DNA from: an uncultured Gemmatimonadales bacterium
GTDB taxonomy: Bacteria; Gemmatimonadota; Gemmatimonadetes; Gemmatimonadales; GWC2-71-9
DNA length: 64,000 bases
Direction of reading: 5' to 3'
NCBI GenBank assembly: GCA_963709905.1
Contig: CAVPYI010000001.1
Coordinates: forward strand, 595,329 to 659,328
Every line of letters begins with the position of its first letter. Position 1 is the stretch's first letter. This document shows, in pieces, positions 51,339-60,042 of this stretch. The position numbers were made by a program, and so were the translations under genes. The notes under the pieces were generated by a model. The model saw only the letters and a list, made by a program, of their open reading frames with translations, made no database searches and had not been told where the DNA came from.

Positions 51339-51435
51339 GGGTGAAGGGTGAAGGGTGAAAGGGTGAAAGGGTGAAAGGGACTGCCAAGGCTCAACGGTCA
51401 CTCACCCTTTCACCTTTCACCCTTCACCTTTCACG
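51339..51435. repeat. intergenic element of convergent GGGTGAA(A) tandem arrays (copA-csoR spacer)
   Basis: Five tandem units GGGTGAA GGGTGAA GGGTGAAA GGGTGAAA GGGTGAAA at 51339-51376. A 16-nt non-repeat centre, ACTGCCAAGGCTCAAC (51380-51395). Then TCAC TCACCCTT TCACCTT TCACCCT TCACCTT TCAC at 51398-51434, the same unit on the other strand. Segments 51361-51379 and 51405-51422 can pair as an 18-bp stem with one bulge. Confidence 0.7.
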
Positions 51436-53792
51436 TTTCTAAGTCTCAGGCTGTTCGCCACTACACTCACCGAACTCATCGCCATGGCAGCGGCGGCGAG
51501 GGCCGGGCTCAATCGCCAGCCCAGCAGGGGATAGAGGGCGCCGGCTGCCACCGGGATGGCGATGAGGTTGTAGACGAAGGCCCAGAACAGGTTCTGGCGA
51601 ATGATGCGGAGCGTCGACTGGCTGAGCGCGATGGACGCGGCGACGCCCTGCAAGTCTCCGCGCACGAGCGTTACCTGCCCGGAATCCATGGCCACGTCGG
51701 TCCCGGTGCCCATCGCGATTCCCACATCGGCCTGGGCGAGTGCCGGGGCATCGTTGATGCCGTCGCCCACCATGGCTACCACCCGGCCTTCGCGCTGAAG
51801 CCGACGGATTTCGTCCAGCTTCTGCTCCGGCAGGGCCTCGGCGACCACGCGGCTGACGCCGACGTCCGCCCCAATGCGTTCCGCGACACCGCGGCGATCG
51901 CCGGTCACCATCACGACCTCGATGCCACGTGCCTGCAGGGCGGCGATGGCCGGTCGGCTCGCCGGTTTCACCGCATCGCCGACCACGATTTCCGCCCGGA
52001 GCACGCCATCGACAGCCACCGAGGCCACCGTGTGCCCCGACCGGGATTCGGGAGACGGGGAGATCCCAAGTTGCTGGAGCAGGCGAGGATTGCCCACGGC
52101 CACATCGTGGCCCTCGACGCGGCCGATGGCCCCCATCCCGGTTTCGCTCCGGAATGATTCAGGGTCGGAGAGAGTGAGGCCGCGGTCGTGCGCTTCACGC
52201 ACGATGGCGGTGGCGATCGGGTGCTCGCTGAGCCGTTCGAGCGAAGCGGCGAGGCGGAGGGGCGTGGCCGCCGGACTCCCGCCCTCGCCATCGCCGTTGG
52301 GGTAGACGACGATGTCGATCACCGAGGGCTTCCCCTCGGTGATCGTCCCGGTCTTGTCGAGGACGACGGTATCGACCGACGCGGCCCGCTCGAGGGCCTC
52401 TCCGCTCTTGATCAGGACCCCGAGTTCGGCTCCCCTGCCGGTGGCGACCATCACCGCGGTCGGAACGGCGAGGCCCATGGCGCAGGGACAGGCGATGATC
52501 AGGACCGCCACCGCCGAGACCAGCCCGTTCAGCACCCGAGGCTCGGGACCCACCCACCACCAAAGGATGAAGGTGATGACGGCAAGCACCATGACGACCG
52601 GAACGAACACCGCGGCGACCTTGTCGGCGAGGCGCTGGATCGGCGGCTTGTCCCCCTGGGCATCCCGCACGAGGCGGAGGATCCGGGAGAGGATGGTGTC
52701 GCGCCCGACCCGCAGGGCCCGCATCCGGATCGCCCCGGGACCGTTCAACGTCCCACCGATGACCTCGTCTTGAGGGCCGCGCGAGACCGGCATCGGCTCG
52801 CCGGTCAGCATGGACTCGTCGACGGCGGTGGTACCTTCGGTCACGACCCCGTCCACCGGCACCCGCTGTCCTGGGCGCACCAGCAGCTCGTCGCCGGGCA
52901 GGAGTTCGGCCACCGGTATCTCCACCTCCGCACCCCCGCGGATGACCGTCGCCCGGTCGGGACGAAGGCCGGCCAGACGGCGGATGGCCGCGCCGGTGCG
53001 ATGCTTCGAGCGGACCTCGAAGTAGTTGCCCAGCAGGACCAGCGCGACGATCCAGATGGCGGCTTCGTAGTAGACTTCCGGCTCGAGGCCCCGGGCGGTG
53101 AACCAGCCCGGGAAGAGAGTTGTGGCGAGGCTGAACAGGAATGCGGCCCCGGTGCCCAGGGCGATCAGGGTGTTCATGTCCGCCCCGCCGTGGCGGGCTG
53201 CCCGCCAGGCACGCTCGTAGAAGTGCCGTCCGGCCCACCCCACCACCGGGAGGGTCAGTCCCAGCAGCAGCCAGCGAAGCGCGTCCGGCGAGACCGCGAA
53301 CAGCCCCGGGAAAAGCTGTCGCAACGGGGCGGCGGCCCACATCATCGCCAGCATGAAGGGGTCGGCGGCAGGGTGATGCCCCTGGGCCATCAGCGGCATG
53401 CTGAGGACCATGGCGAGCGCCGCGGCGGCGAGACCGACCACGACTCTCAACCGGAGCCTACGGATCTCCCGCTCGGTTTCGGCGTCCTCCCGATCGAGTT
53501 CGACTTCCACGCTCTCCCCAGCGACCGGCAGTTCGGCTCCGTAGCCAGTCTGACGGACTACCTCCACCAGAGTGTGAGGCGAGGTGTGCACGGGATCGTA
53601 GGCAACTTTGGCGGAGTTGGTCATCAGGTTGACGTTGGCCGCCGTGACGCCTTGGGCCTGCTCAAGCGAGCGCTGCACCCGGGCGCTGCACGCGGCGCAG
53701 GTCATTCCCGAGACCAGGATCGTCGATTCAGCCACGGCTGACGCCCTCGACCCGGTATCCAGCCTGCTCAATCGCGGCCTTGACTCGCTCAA
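51417..53792 (-). CDS. copA: copper-translocating P1B-type ATPase
   Basis: N-terminal HMA domain (GMTCAACSARV), CPC motif (IIACPCAMGLAVP), DKTGT, GDGINDAPAL. An alternative GTG start at 53735 would overlap the copZ stop by only 8 nt. The last codons (NVKGEG-stop) are encoded by the repeat element. Confidence 0.95.
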   Translation of the reverse strand: MSESRPRLSRLDTGSRASAVAESTILVSGMTCAACSARVQRSLEQAQGVTAANVNLMTNSAKVAYDPVHTSPHTLVEVVRQTGYGAELPVAGESVEVELDREDAETEREIRRLRLRVVVGLAAAALAMVLSMPLMAQGHHPAADPFMLAMMWAAAPLRQLFPGLFAVSPDALRWLLLGLTLPVVGWAGRHFYERAWRAARHGGADMNTLIALGTGAAFLFSLATTLFPGWFTARGLEPEVYYEAAIWIVALVLLGNYFEVRSKHRTGAAIRRLAGLRPDRATVIRGGAEVEIPVAELLPGDELLVRPGQRVPVDGVVTEGTTAVDESMLTGEPMPVSRGPQDEVIGGTLNGPGAIRMRALRVGRDTILSRILRLVRDAQGDKPPIQRLADKVAAVFVPVVMVLAVITFILWWWVGPEPRVLNGLVSAVAVLIIACPCAMGLAVPTAVMVATGRGAELGVLIKSGEALERAASVDTVVLDKTGTITEGKPSVIDIVVYPNGDGEGGSPAATPLRLAASLERLSEHPIATAIVREAHDRGLTLSDPESFRSETGMGAIGRVEGHDVAVGNPRLLQQLGISPSPESRSGHTVASVAVDGVLRAEIVVGDAVKPASRPAIAALQARGIEVVMVTGDRRGVAERIGADVGVSRVVAEALPEQKLDEIRRLQREGRVVAMVGDGINDAPALAQADVGIAMGTGTDVAMDSGQVTLVRGDLQGVAASIALSQSTLRIIRQNLFWAFVYNLIAIPVAAGALYPLLGWRLSPALAAAAMAMSSVSVVANSLRLRNVKGEG

Positions 53793-53940
53793 CCGTCGCG
53801 TCGTCAGGCGCTTTCAGTGCAGCATGGCCAAGGCGCACTGACTCGAGCTCCACATCAGCCACAGATTGCACAGCCCGATTCACCGCATTGAGGCAGTGGC
53901 CACAGCTCATCCCGCTGATGGTTAACACGATGTTTTGCAT
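53728..53940 (-). CDS. copZ: copper chaperone (HMA domain)
   Basis: ATG at 53940 within ORF 53728..54123 gives MQNIVLTISGMSCGHCLNAVNRAV..., containing the MxCxxC motif; 70 aa. Confidence 0.9.
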   Translation of the reverse strand: MQNIVLTISGMSCGHCLNAVNRAVQSVADVELESVRLGHAALKAPDDATVERVKAAIEQAGYRVEGVSRG

Positions 53941-53990
53941 AGGGTTACCATGTCGTATCGAGTCGATCCGGTCCGCCTGGCTCACCAATG

Positions 53991-54035
53991 TACCATAGGG
54001 TATAGGGGTATGCAAGTAGGGGGAGGGGGTATATA
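53991..54035. promoter_or_regulatory. candidate CsoR operator(s) in the copZ / GAF-protein divergent region
   Basis: TACCATAGGGTATAGGGGTA (53991-54010) followed by GTAGGGGGAGGGGGTATA (54016-54033). These TACC...GGGGTA, G-tract-containing pseudo-palindromes resemble published CsoR boxes such as the Bacillus copZA operator TACCCTACGGGGGTATGGTA. Confidence 0.45.
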
Positions 54036-54083
54036 TGCGGCAGGGCCTGAAACGGGGCACGGACCCTGCTCGCTGAGACTCGT

Positions 54084-55691
54084 ATGACCTTGGGCGATGC
54101 GAACTTCCGCAAACTGATACCACTGCTTCATCCCCGGACGCGCATTCAGGACATGGATGTGCTGAAGGCTTGGTATGAGGCCGTCGAGGATACGCTGCGG
54201 CCCGAAATGTCCGCGGACCTGCTGGCCATATGGATCTACGGGCAGGACGGCGAGCCCATCCTGATCGAGCCCGAAGCGCTCGGCGCGGACAACCTGGAGA
54301 TACCCCGAGCCGAACCGATCGCCAATCAGCACCTGCTCGACGACCTGGAAGACCGGATCCGGCGAGCGGGCTACGGCTCGGTGTTGCTGCGCCCGATTCG
54401 ACATGGCGGTCACGACGCCGGGCTCATTCTGCTGGCCTCGTTCCAACCACACATCTATGGCCTTCGTGCGGAGAACCTGCTCGAGACCGCCACCGATGTG
54501 ATGGCGCCGATGCTGGCCCGGGTGGCGCGGGCCGGCACGGTGGCCGAGGAGGCGATCCCGGACCACCCGGTCGTTCCCCTGGTCGAGACCGTGGGGCCGG
54601 TCACGGAGCGGGTGCGTGACCAAGCGCGGGAAGGCGAGTTGTTCGAGGTGCTCTCGAATGCGATCGGGGGCGCCGGGACTCCGCGCGACCTGATGCTCGC
54701 GGTGTCGTTTGCGCTCCAGGCGGTGCTGCCGCACGATGCCTATGAACTCATGATTCCGGACACCAGCAACGAGTTCTATTACCGACTCGGGCTGCACGGG
54801 CACGGGGCGCTGTGGGGAGATCCATCCCTGGTCATGCCGAAGGCCAGCCTGGACGCCGCGCAACTGTTTGGGGACTACACCTCGGTGCTGATCGACGACG
54901 CGTCAGCGTCCGAGGAGACCCGGGTCCCGGAGTTCGTCACCGTTCGCGGGCAGGAAGAGGCTCCCAGATCGGTCGTGGGTGTCCTGCTGCGGGTGGTGGA
55001 AAGGCCGGTGGGGTACCTCCTGGTGGGAAGCGGCGGTCCCGGTTTCTACCGTGAGGAGGACGCGATCCTGCTGGACCGGGTCGGTTCGCTGCTCGCCCCA
55101 CGCATCGAGAGCATGATCCTGGCGTGGCAGTACACCGTGATGCGCAGCCAGTTCGATGTGCTCCGGCACGAGCCGATGCACCTCGCCCGTGTGGCGGAGC
55201 TGCTGGCGAGCACGCCATTTCTTGGTGAGGGCGCCAAGCTGTTCAGGCAGCAGGCCGTTGCCATGCTGCCATTCACGGATCTGGAGTTCGCGGTGCGGCT
55301 GGGCGACGAGCAGCGGGTGGCGGTGGTGAAGCCGGGAGTGACGACCCCTCTGGCCGATCTTCCCCAGGAGCCGATCGAGGGCGCGGGCGTCGCCGCAGTA
55401 GTCCGCGGAGAGGTCACGTTTCTGCTGACTTCGCAGGAGGCCGAAGGTGAGCCGGTCTCCGTACTGGTCGTGCCGCTCCGGGTAGGTGGTCGGATCATCG
55501 GTGCGATGGCGATGACGGCGCGAGGGCTCTCATCCTTCTCCCGGACCGACATGCCCCTGGCGCAGCAGCTGGCGGATCTCGTGGCACCGCACATCGACCT
55601 CGCCCGCCGCGCGGGCGGGCAGGCGCCGCCCTTCCTCCCGGGGTGGAAACGTCCCACGCTTCGGCCGGAGCGTGGAACGATGGGTCAATAG
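54084..55691 (+). CDS. cytoplasmic protein with about three tandem GAF-like domains and no recognisable output domain
   Basis: 535 aa with three segments of similar pattern, each ending in ...G(Y/L/I)L(L/V)...S...F..EDA/..L...LVAP(R/H)I... (for example VGYLLVGSGGPGFYREEDAILLDRVGSLLAPRIE and IGAMAMTARGLSSFSRTDMPLAQQLADLVAPHID). The domain call is by pattern only. Confidence 0.55.
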   Translation: MTLGDANFRKLIPLLHPRTRIQDMDVLKAWYEAVEDTLRPEMSADLLAIWIYGQDGEPILIEPEALGADNLEIPRAEPIANQHLLDDLEDRIRRAGYGSVLLRPIRHGGHDAGLILLASFQPHIYGLRAENLLETATDVMAPMLARVARAGTVAEEAIPDHPVVPLVETVGPVTERVRDQAREGELFEVLSNAIGGAGTPRDLMLAVSFALQAVLPHDAYELMIPDTSNEFYYRLGLHGHGALWGDPSLVMPKASLDAAQLFGDYTSVLIDDASASEETRVPEFVTVRGQEEAPRSVVGVLLRVVERPVGYLLVGSGGPGFYREEDAILLDRVGSLLAPRIESMILAWQYTVMRSQFDVLRHEPMHLARVAELLASTPFLGEGAKLFRQQAVAMLPFTDLEFAVRLGDEQRVAVVKPGVTTPLADLPQEPIEGAGVAAVVRGEVTFLLTSQEAEGEPVSVLVVPLRVGGRIIGAMAMTARGLSSFSRTDMPLAQQLADLVAPHIDLARRAGGQAPPFLPGWKRPTLRPERGTMGQ

Positions 55692-56545
55692 CGCGCCTGC
55701 CCGAGGGCGCTGGGGTGGATCGGGGGAGGAGTCTGTTCCGACTCCCGGGCCCAGCGGAAGAAAATCACTCCAAATCCGAACCAGATGGGCAGATCGCCGA
55801 CGATCTTCATCAGCAGCCCGGCGACCTGCTGGTCCTGTTGCGCGGTGAAGCCCGGAAACGCTCTCGGCGCGAGTTCGTAGGTGGCGTAGATCGGGTAGTC
55901 GGCGAACGTCAGGAATGCCGAGGGGATGATCGGCACGAGCGTCGACAGGAAGAGGTACGCCATCTTCAGTGGACGGCGCATCCGTACCACCGCCGTCGGG
56001 CCCATGACGGGCCACCAGAGCAGGAACCCTCCGACCAGCCAGCCGAGATCGATCACCAGGGCGCCTACCTGGGTCTTCATCAGTCCGTCGACGACGTCGG
56101 GAAGGTGAGTGAGAAGGAGTATCACGTTGAAGCCGGCGAGGCCGACCCACGGCCTGGCGGCGGTGCGGATCAGAGCCCCGAGCGCGGGCCGGTCGAGTGC
56201 CGCGCTGACGGTCGCGGGGGGCAGACTCAGGATCAGACATGGTGGTGCGACGAACGAAAGCAGGATGTAGGTGATGGTATGGAAGCTGGCGAGGTACCCG
56301 GCGCCGAGGGCTCCCACCGGCCAATCGAGTGCGATCCAGACGGACAACAGCCCCGCGAGGAACCAGAGGTGGGCGGACAGGCGGATGGGCGGACCGGCGG
56401 CCGAATCGTCGACCGCCCGACCGCCCGACCGCCTGACCGCCCAGGCATAGCAGAGCGCGAACCCTGCCACGAACAGCCAGACGCCCGGATAGGCCTGCCA
56501 CTCGCCGGTCCACGGCTGCCCGGTGGCCGAGCACCACCACTGCAC
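55685..56545 (-). CDS. ctaG: cytochrome c oxidase assembly factor CtaG (caa3 / Bacillus type) family membrane protein
   Basis: 286 aa, seven or more TM helices. SVWIALDWPVGALGAGYLASFHTITYILL and WWPVMGP are typical of the Caa3_CtaG family. Confidence 0.75.
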   Translation of the reverse strand: MQWWCSATGQPWTGEWQAYPGVWLFVAGFALCYAWAVRRSGGRAVDDSAAGPPIRLSAHLWFLAGLLSVWIALDWPVGALGAGYLASFHTITYILLSFVAPPCLILSLPPATVSAALDRPALGALIRTAARPWVGLAGFNVILLLTHLPDVVDGLMKTQVGALVIDLGWLVGGFLLWWPVMGPTAVVRMRRPLKMAYLFLSTLVPIIPSAFLTFADYPIYATYELAPRAFPGFTAQQDQQVAGLLMKIVGDLPIWFGFGVIFFRWARESEQTPPPIHPSALGQARY

Positions 56546-56547
56546 CG

Positions 56548-57174
56548 TCAGCTCCTCTTCGCCATGAGTGCGAGGTCCTTGGCCCAGTCGGCCTGCCGAA
56601 CGCCGAACGGGTAGACCACGTGGGCGAGGTTGTCCCGAGTGAAGGCCAGCACAATCGCACTGTGACCGATGGTGTAGGTACTATCGGTGGTGCCGGGCTC
56701 CCGGATCGGCGCACTCATTCGCATCTGCCGCAGTGCCCCCAGGACCTGCAGGCTGTCCCCGACCAGCCCTATGAACCGGCGATCGAACTTGTCGAGCCAG
56801 GCCCGGACGACCTCCGGTGTGTCCCGGGCCGGATCGGTGGTGACGAACACGACCTTTACCGCCTTATTCACATCCGGCCCGAGCTTCCCGAGAGCGGCCG
56901 CGATGTTGGCCAGGTGGACGGGGCAGATGTCGGGGCAGTGGGTGTACCCGAAGAACAGCAGCGTGACATACCCCTCGGTTTCCCGGCGGAAATCGAAGGG
57001 CCGCCCGTCGGTGGTGGTCAGCTGGAAATCGGGCTTCGGCACCGGCGGGTTGATCTTGGGACCGGCCAGTCCGTCGGGATTGAATGGTTTGGGTTCGGCA
57101 GGCCGGCAGCCGCTGACCGGCGCGATGGCGAGCAGGACAGCGGCAAACGCGACCGAGCTTCGGAGAATTGACAT
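56548..57174 (-). CDS. SCO1/SenC copper chaperone (thioredoxin fold)
   Basis: In-frame ATG about 271 codons into ORF 56548..57987 gives MSILRSSVAFAAVLLAIAPVSGC (lipobox). Includes LLFFGYTHCPDICP (CxxxCP copper site) and a distal His in YTIGHSAIV. The upstream part of the track ORF is antisense to copD and is rejected. Confidence 0.88.
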   Translation of the reverse strand: MSILRSSVAFAAVLLAIAPVSGCRPAEPKPFNPDGLAGPKINPPVPKPDFQLTTTDGRPFDFRRETEGYVTLLFFGYTHCPDICPVHLANIAAALGKLGPDVNKAVKVVFVTTDPARDTPEVVRAWLDKFDRRFIGLVGDSLQVLGALRQMRMSAPIREPGTTDSTYTIGHSAIVLAFTRDNLAHVVYPFGVRQADWAKDLALMAKRS

Positions 57175-57176
57175 GA

Positions 57177-58103
57177 TCACACCTTCGGCGCCGGTAGCGC
57201 CACCAGCACGGCGGTAACGAACACAATCAGGAGGCCGATGAGCAACTCCGCGGTCGCCGATCGGGTGAGCGCGCGGGTGGCCCGGGACCCGCCGAGGCCG
57301 GGGGAGATCCGGCGCCAGTTCCAGGCGCCGAGGCCCATGGCGATGAGCAGCAGGCTGACCTTCACGAGCAGGGCACGTCCGTATGCTGTGCCGAACAGTC
57401 CAGCGACATCTCCGATGTAAGCGTACCCCAGGAGTGTGCCGGCGGCCACGACCAGTCCGGCTCCGGTGAGAGCCACCGGGGAGAACACCGAGACCATCCG
57501 GGCCACGGCGGCGTGCTCGTTCCCGGCCCGTCTCAGTCCGGCGAACGTCATCGCCGCCAGCGTGCCCAGCCAGATTCCTCCACCGAGCAGGTGGAGGGAG
57601 TGCAGACCGACGCCGAGGCCGGCTCCCCACGGGTGTGCCACGGCGTGCCCGGTGAGTGGCGAAGCACCGGCGACGAGCAGCGCCGCCGTGCCGAGCAGTC
57701 CCAGGCCGGGCGCCGGCCAGCGCCGCGCCACGGCGCTGAGCGGAAGGGTAATGGTCGCGGCGGCAAGTTGGGCGAGCCAGCCCCTCCCCCACGTAGTTTG
57801 CAGCAGGATGGGGCGAGCCGCCTCCCAGGTGAATGGGTCGGAGGGCTCCAGAAAAGACCGCACCTGGCCGTAGGCCCGGATGAAGTGTGCCGCGAGGAGG
57901 AGGACCGCGGCCGCGGTCGCGGCGGTCCAGGCGCTGGCCAGGGCCCGTGCGGGAAGCGATCCCGCATCGTCCTCGGGAAGGCGCCATCTGGGTACCAGCG
58001 CCGCGAATGCACTGGCGCCCACGAGGGTCAGGGTCGCGAGGTAGGCAAGGGCGCGCCCGGCCGCGTACAGGTCGATGGGCAGGGCAACCTGCTCGTGGTC
58101 CAC
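57177..58103 (-). CDS. copD: CopD-family copper resistance membrane protein
   Basis: 308 aa, about 8 TM helices. LTGHAVAHPW...LHSLHLLGGGIWLG is the characteristic His-rich CopD core. GTG start. Confidence 0.85.
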   Translation of the reverse strand: MDHEQVALPIDLYAAGRALAYLATLTLVGASAFAALVPRWRLPEDDAGSLPARALASAWTAATAAAVLLLAAHFIRAYGQVRSFLEPSDPFTWEAARPILLQTTWGRGWLAQLAAATITLPLSAVARRWPAPGLGLLGTAALLVAGASPLTGHAVAHPWGAGLGVGLHSLHLLGGGIWLGTLAAMTFAGLRRAGNEHAAVARMVSVFSPVALTGAGLVVAAGTLLGYAYIGDVAGLFGTAYGRALLVKVSLLLIAMGLGAWNWRRISPGLGGSRATRALTRSATAELLIGLLIVFVTAVLVALPAPKV

Positions 58104-58140
58104 GGAGCGGCGCTCGGACTGGTGATTCCCCGCCAGGGAA

Positions 58141-58521
58141 TCAGGGTTTCGCCCGGCTGGCCGGGTCGTAGGTGAAGTAGTACGTCCCGCGGACTGGGTG
58201 CCCGTCTCTGGAGCCCGTCTTCCACATCACCATGTATCGACCCGGCTCGAGCGAGACCGGCACCGGTCCCGCGACGGACAGCGTGTCGTCAGTCGCGGCC
58301 ATCTTGATCACGGCGACCGGCGCATGGTTCTCTTTCATCAGGGTGGCACCCGAGAGCGCGACTTCGGGCTTTTCGTTGAACCAGAGGCGGACTTGTGTGG
58401 GCTGGTCCGCCACGGTGCTATCCACCCCGGGCTGAGCCTTGACGAGATGGGTGTGAACGCTCGCCCTGGCCCCGAGCAACACCACGGTCGACACACAGAG
58501 CGCGAGTATTTTCGGCGACAT
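58141..58521 (-). CDS. copC: CopC-domain periplasmic copper-binding protein
   Basis: ATG at 58521 within ORF 58141..58755. Signal peptide, then the mature N-terminus HTHLVKAQPGVDSTV...VRLWFNE...YMVMWKTGSRDGHPVRGTYYF, the CopC fold signature. Confidence 0.85.
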   Translation of the reverse strand: MSPKILALCVSTVVLLGARASVHTHLVKAQPGVDSTVADQPTQVRLWFNEKPEVALSGATLMKENHAPVAVIKMAATDDTLSVAGPVPVSLEPGRYMVMWKTGSRDGHPVRGTYYFTYDPASRAKP

Positions 58522-58624
58522 CAGATCAGTCCTTTTTTGGAGCCGGGCAAAGATAATCGTTCGCCGGGGTTCGGGAGTCCGGCAGCAGCCGTGGCACAAA
58601 TTATCTACCGAGTGAGAGGACGGA

Positions 58625-59086
58625 ATGCGAATACCAACAGGTTCGATCGGATCTCTGACAGCCGGTCTCGTGCTGATCGGCGGCCTCGTCGTCGCGTGCC
58701 ACCGGCGGCCCGCCCTGGCGGACTCCGGTGACATCAGGATCGAAGCCGGATACACGTACCCGCCGGCCGGGGACGTTGCGGCGGCCTACGTCCGGATCCG
58801 GAACCTGGGCGGGTCCGCTGACACTCTGGCCGGGGTCAGGGGGCCCGACTTTGGCCATGGCATGGTGATGGGAACGGCGGCCGGCCAGATGAGCACGATG
58901 CCGGTGCTGGTGATTCCGGCTGGCCAGCGGGTCGGCATGGCACCCGGAGGGATCCATCTCATGCTCGAGGGGGTGACCCGGAGTTCCCGGATCGGCGACA
59001 GCCTGGCCCTGGTCCTGCGTTTCGCCCGGGCGGGGGAGATTTCGATCCGGGTTCCGGTGGTGCCGTACGGCGAGATGCCCGAGTGA
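58625..59086 (+). CDS. PCu(A)C copper chaperone (DUF461)
   Basis: 153 aa with a signal/lipobox (LVVAC). AAAYVRIRN.G...HGMVMG...M...GGIHLML is the H(M)x10Mx21HxM-type Cu(I) motif. Confidence 0.85.
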   Translation: MRIPTGSIGSLTAGLVLIGGLVVACHRRPALADSGDIRIEAGYTYPPAGDVAAAYVRIRNLGGSADTLAGVRGPDFGHGMVMGTAAGQMSTMPVLVIPAGQRVGMAPGGIHLMLEGVTRSSRIGDSLALVLRFARAGEISIRVPVVPYGEMPE

Positions 59087-59199
59087 TCCGTCCCGCCCGA
59101 CGCCGGTCGCCGGACGGCCCGGGCGACCCCTGCTGGACTGTTCGGGCCTGACGGCCAAGGGCGGAGTCCTCTAGAGGCCACGCCGATCCGACGCATGGG

Positions 59200-60042
59200 C
59201 TAGGCCGCCACGAGGTGTCGTCCGAACAGCTGGCGCAGGAAGAATGCGAGCAACAGCAGCACTCCGAAGACGCAGACCACGACCGGTCCGGTCGGCAGAT
59301 CGTACCGGAAGGACACGCCGATCCCTCCCGCCGATGCCAGCACCCCCGCGAACCAGGCGATGACCGTCAGCAGCTTGCGGTCCCGGGTGAACTGGAAGGC
59401 GATCGCCGCCGGGACAACGAGGAAGGAGAAGACCAGCAGCACGCCCACGATCGGTACGGAGAAGGTGATGACGATGCCGAACGAGAGATAGAACCAGAAG
59501 TCCCACAACCGTATCCGCCACCCCCTGGCCACGGCCTGATCGGGTTCGAAGGAAATCGTCAGGAAGCGGTGGCGGAGGAGGTAATGAAACACGCCGACGG
59601 CGATATAGACGGCGGCCAGCCGGCCGATGGCCGGCCATCCCACCCAGAGCAGGCTTCCCACCAGGATGTCCTTGATGGCCTCGCCGCCGCGCGGGGCCTG
59701 GTCGGCGACCAGGATAGCCGCGGCGGAAGCGACCACGAACACGATGCCGATGATGGCTTCCTGCGGCACCCGACCCTTGTCCGGGGCGCGGCTCAGGGCG
59801 AAGACCCCGGCGCCCAGAGTGGTCGCCGCCAGGGCATAGAGAAAAGCGCTCGGACTATCGGGCTGGGCGCCGAGGAGCACCGCGACGGTCGAGCCCAGGG
59901 CGGCCATCTGGGCGAGTGAGAGGTCCACGAAGATGACCTCGCGCGCGATGACGTGGAGCCCGAGGTAGCTGTGAATCGCCACGATCACCATGCAGGCGAC
60001 CAGCGGCGCGGCCCAGAGACTATGAACCAGTTGGTCGAACAT
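59200..60042 (-). CDS. metal ABC importer permease (ABC-3 / ZnuB-MntB family)
   Basis: 280 aa, 8-9 TM helices. IHSYLGLHVIAREVIFVDLSLAQMAALG and EAIIGIVFVVASAAAILV are typical of ABC-3 permeases. Confidence 0.9.
   Translation of the reverse strand: MFDQLVHSLWAAPLVACMVIVAIHSYLGLHVIAREVIFVDLSLAQMAALGSTVAVLLGAQPDSPSAFLYALAATTLGAGVFALSRAPDKGRVPQEAIIGIVFVVASAAAILVADQAPRGGEAIKDILVGSLLWVGWPAIGRLAAVYIAVGVFHYLLRHRFLTISFEPDQAVARGWRIRLWDFWFYLSFGIVITFSVPIVGVLLVFSFLVVPAAIAFQFTRDRKLLTVIAWFAGVLASAGGIGVSFRYDLPTGPVVVCVFGVLLLLAFFLRQLFGRHLVAA

Noticed and set aside
51326-51394. N-terminal extension of csoR (MSLGSPFHPFTLSPFTLHPPGAL) given by the ORF track.
   Set aside because: The residues are the translation of the GGGTGAA repeat array. 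The CsoR family N-terminus fits the internal ATG at 51325.
51339-51435. Possible CRISPR array, considered because of regularly spaced short repeats.
   Set aside because: The repeat unit is only 7-8 nt with no spacers, the total length is under 100 nt, the repeats occur in both orientations, and there are no cas genes in the window.
59087-59199. GC-rich imperfect hairpins downstream of PCu(A)C (CCGTCC...GGACGG with inner CGAC-GCCG-GTCG) as a terminator.
   Set aside because: The stems are short and interrupted and there is no U-tract. They are not distinguishable from chance palindromes in GC-rich DNA.
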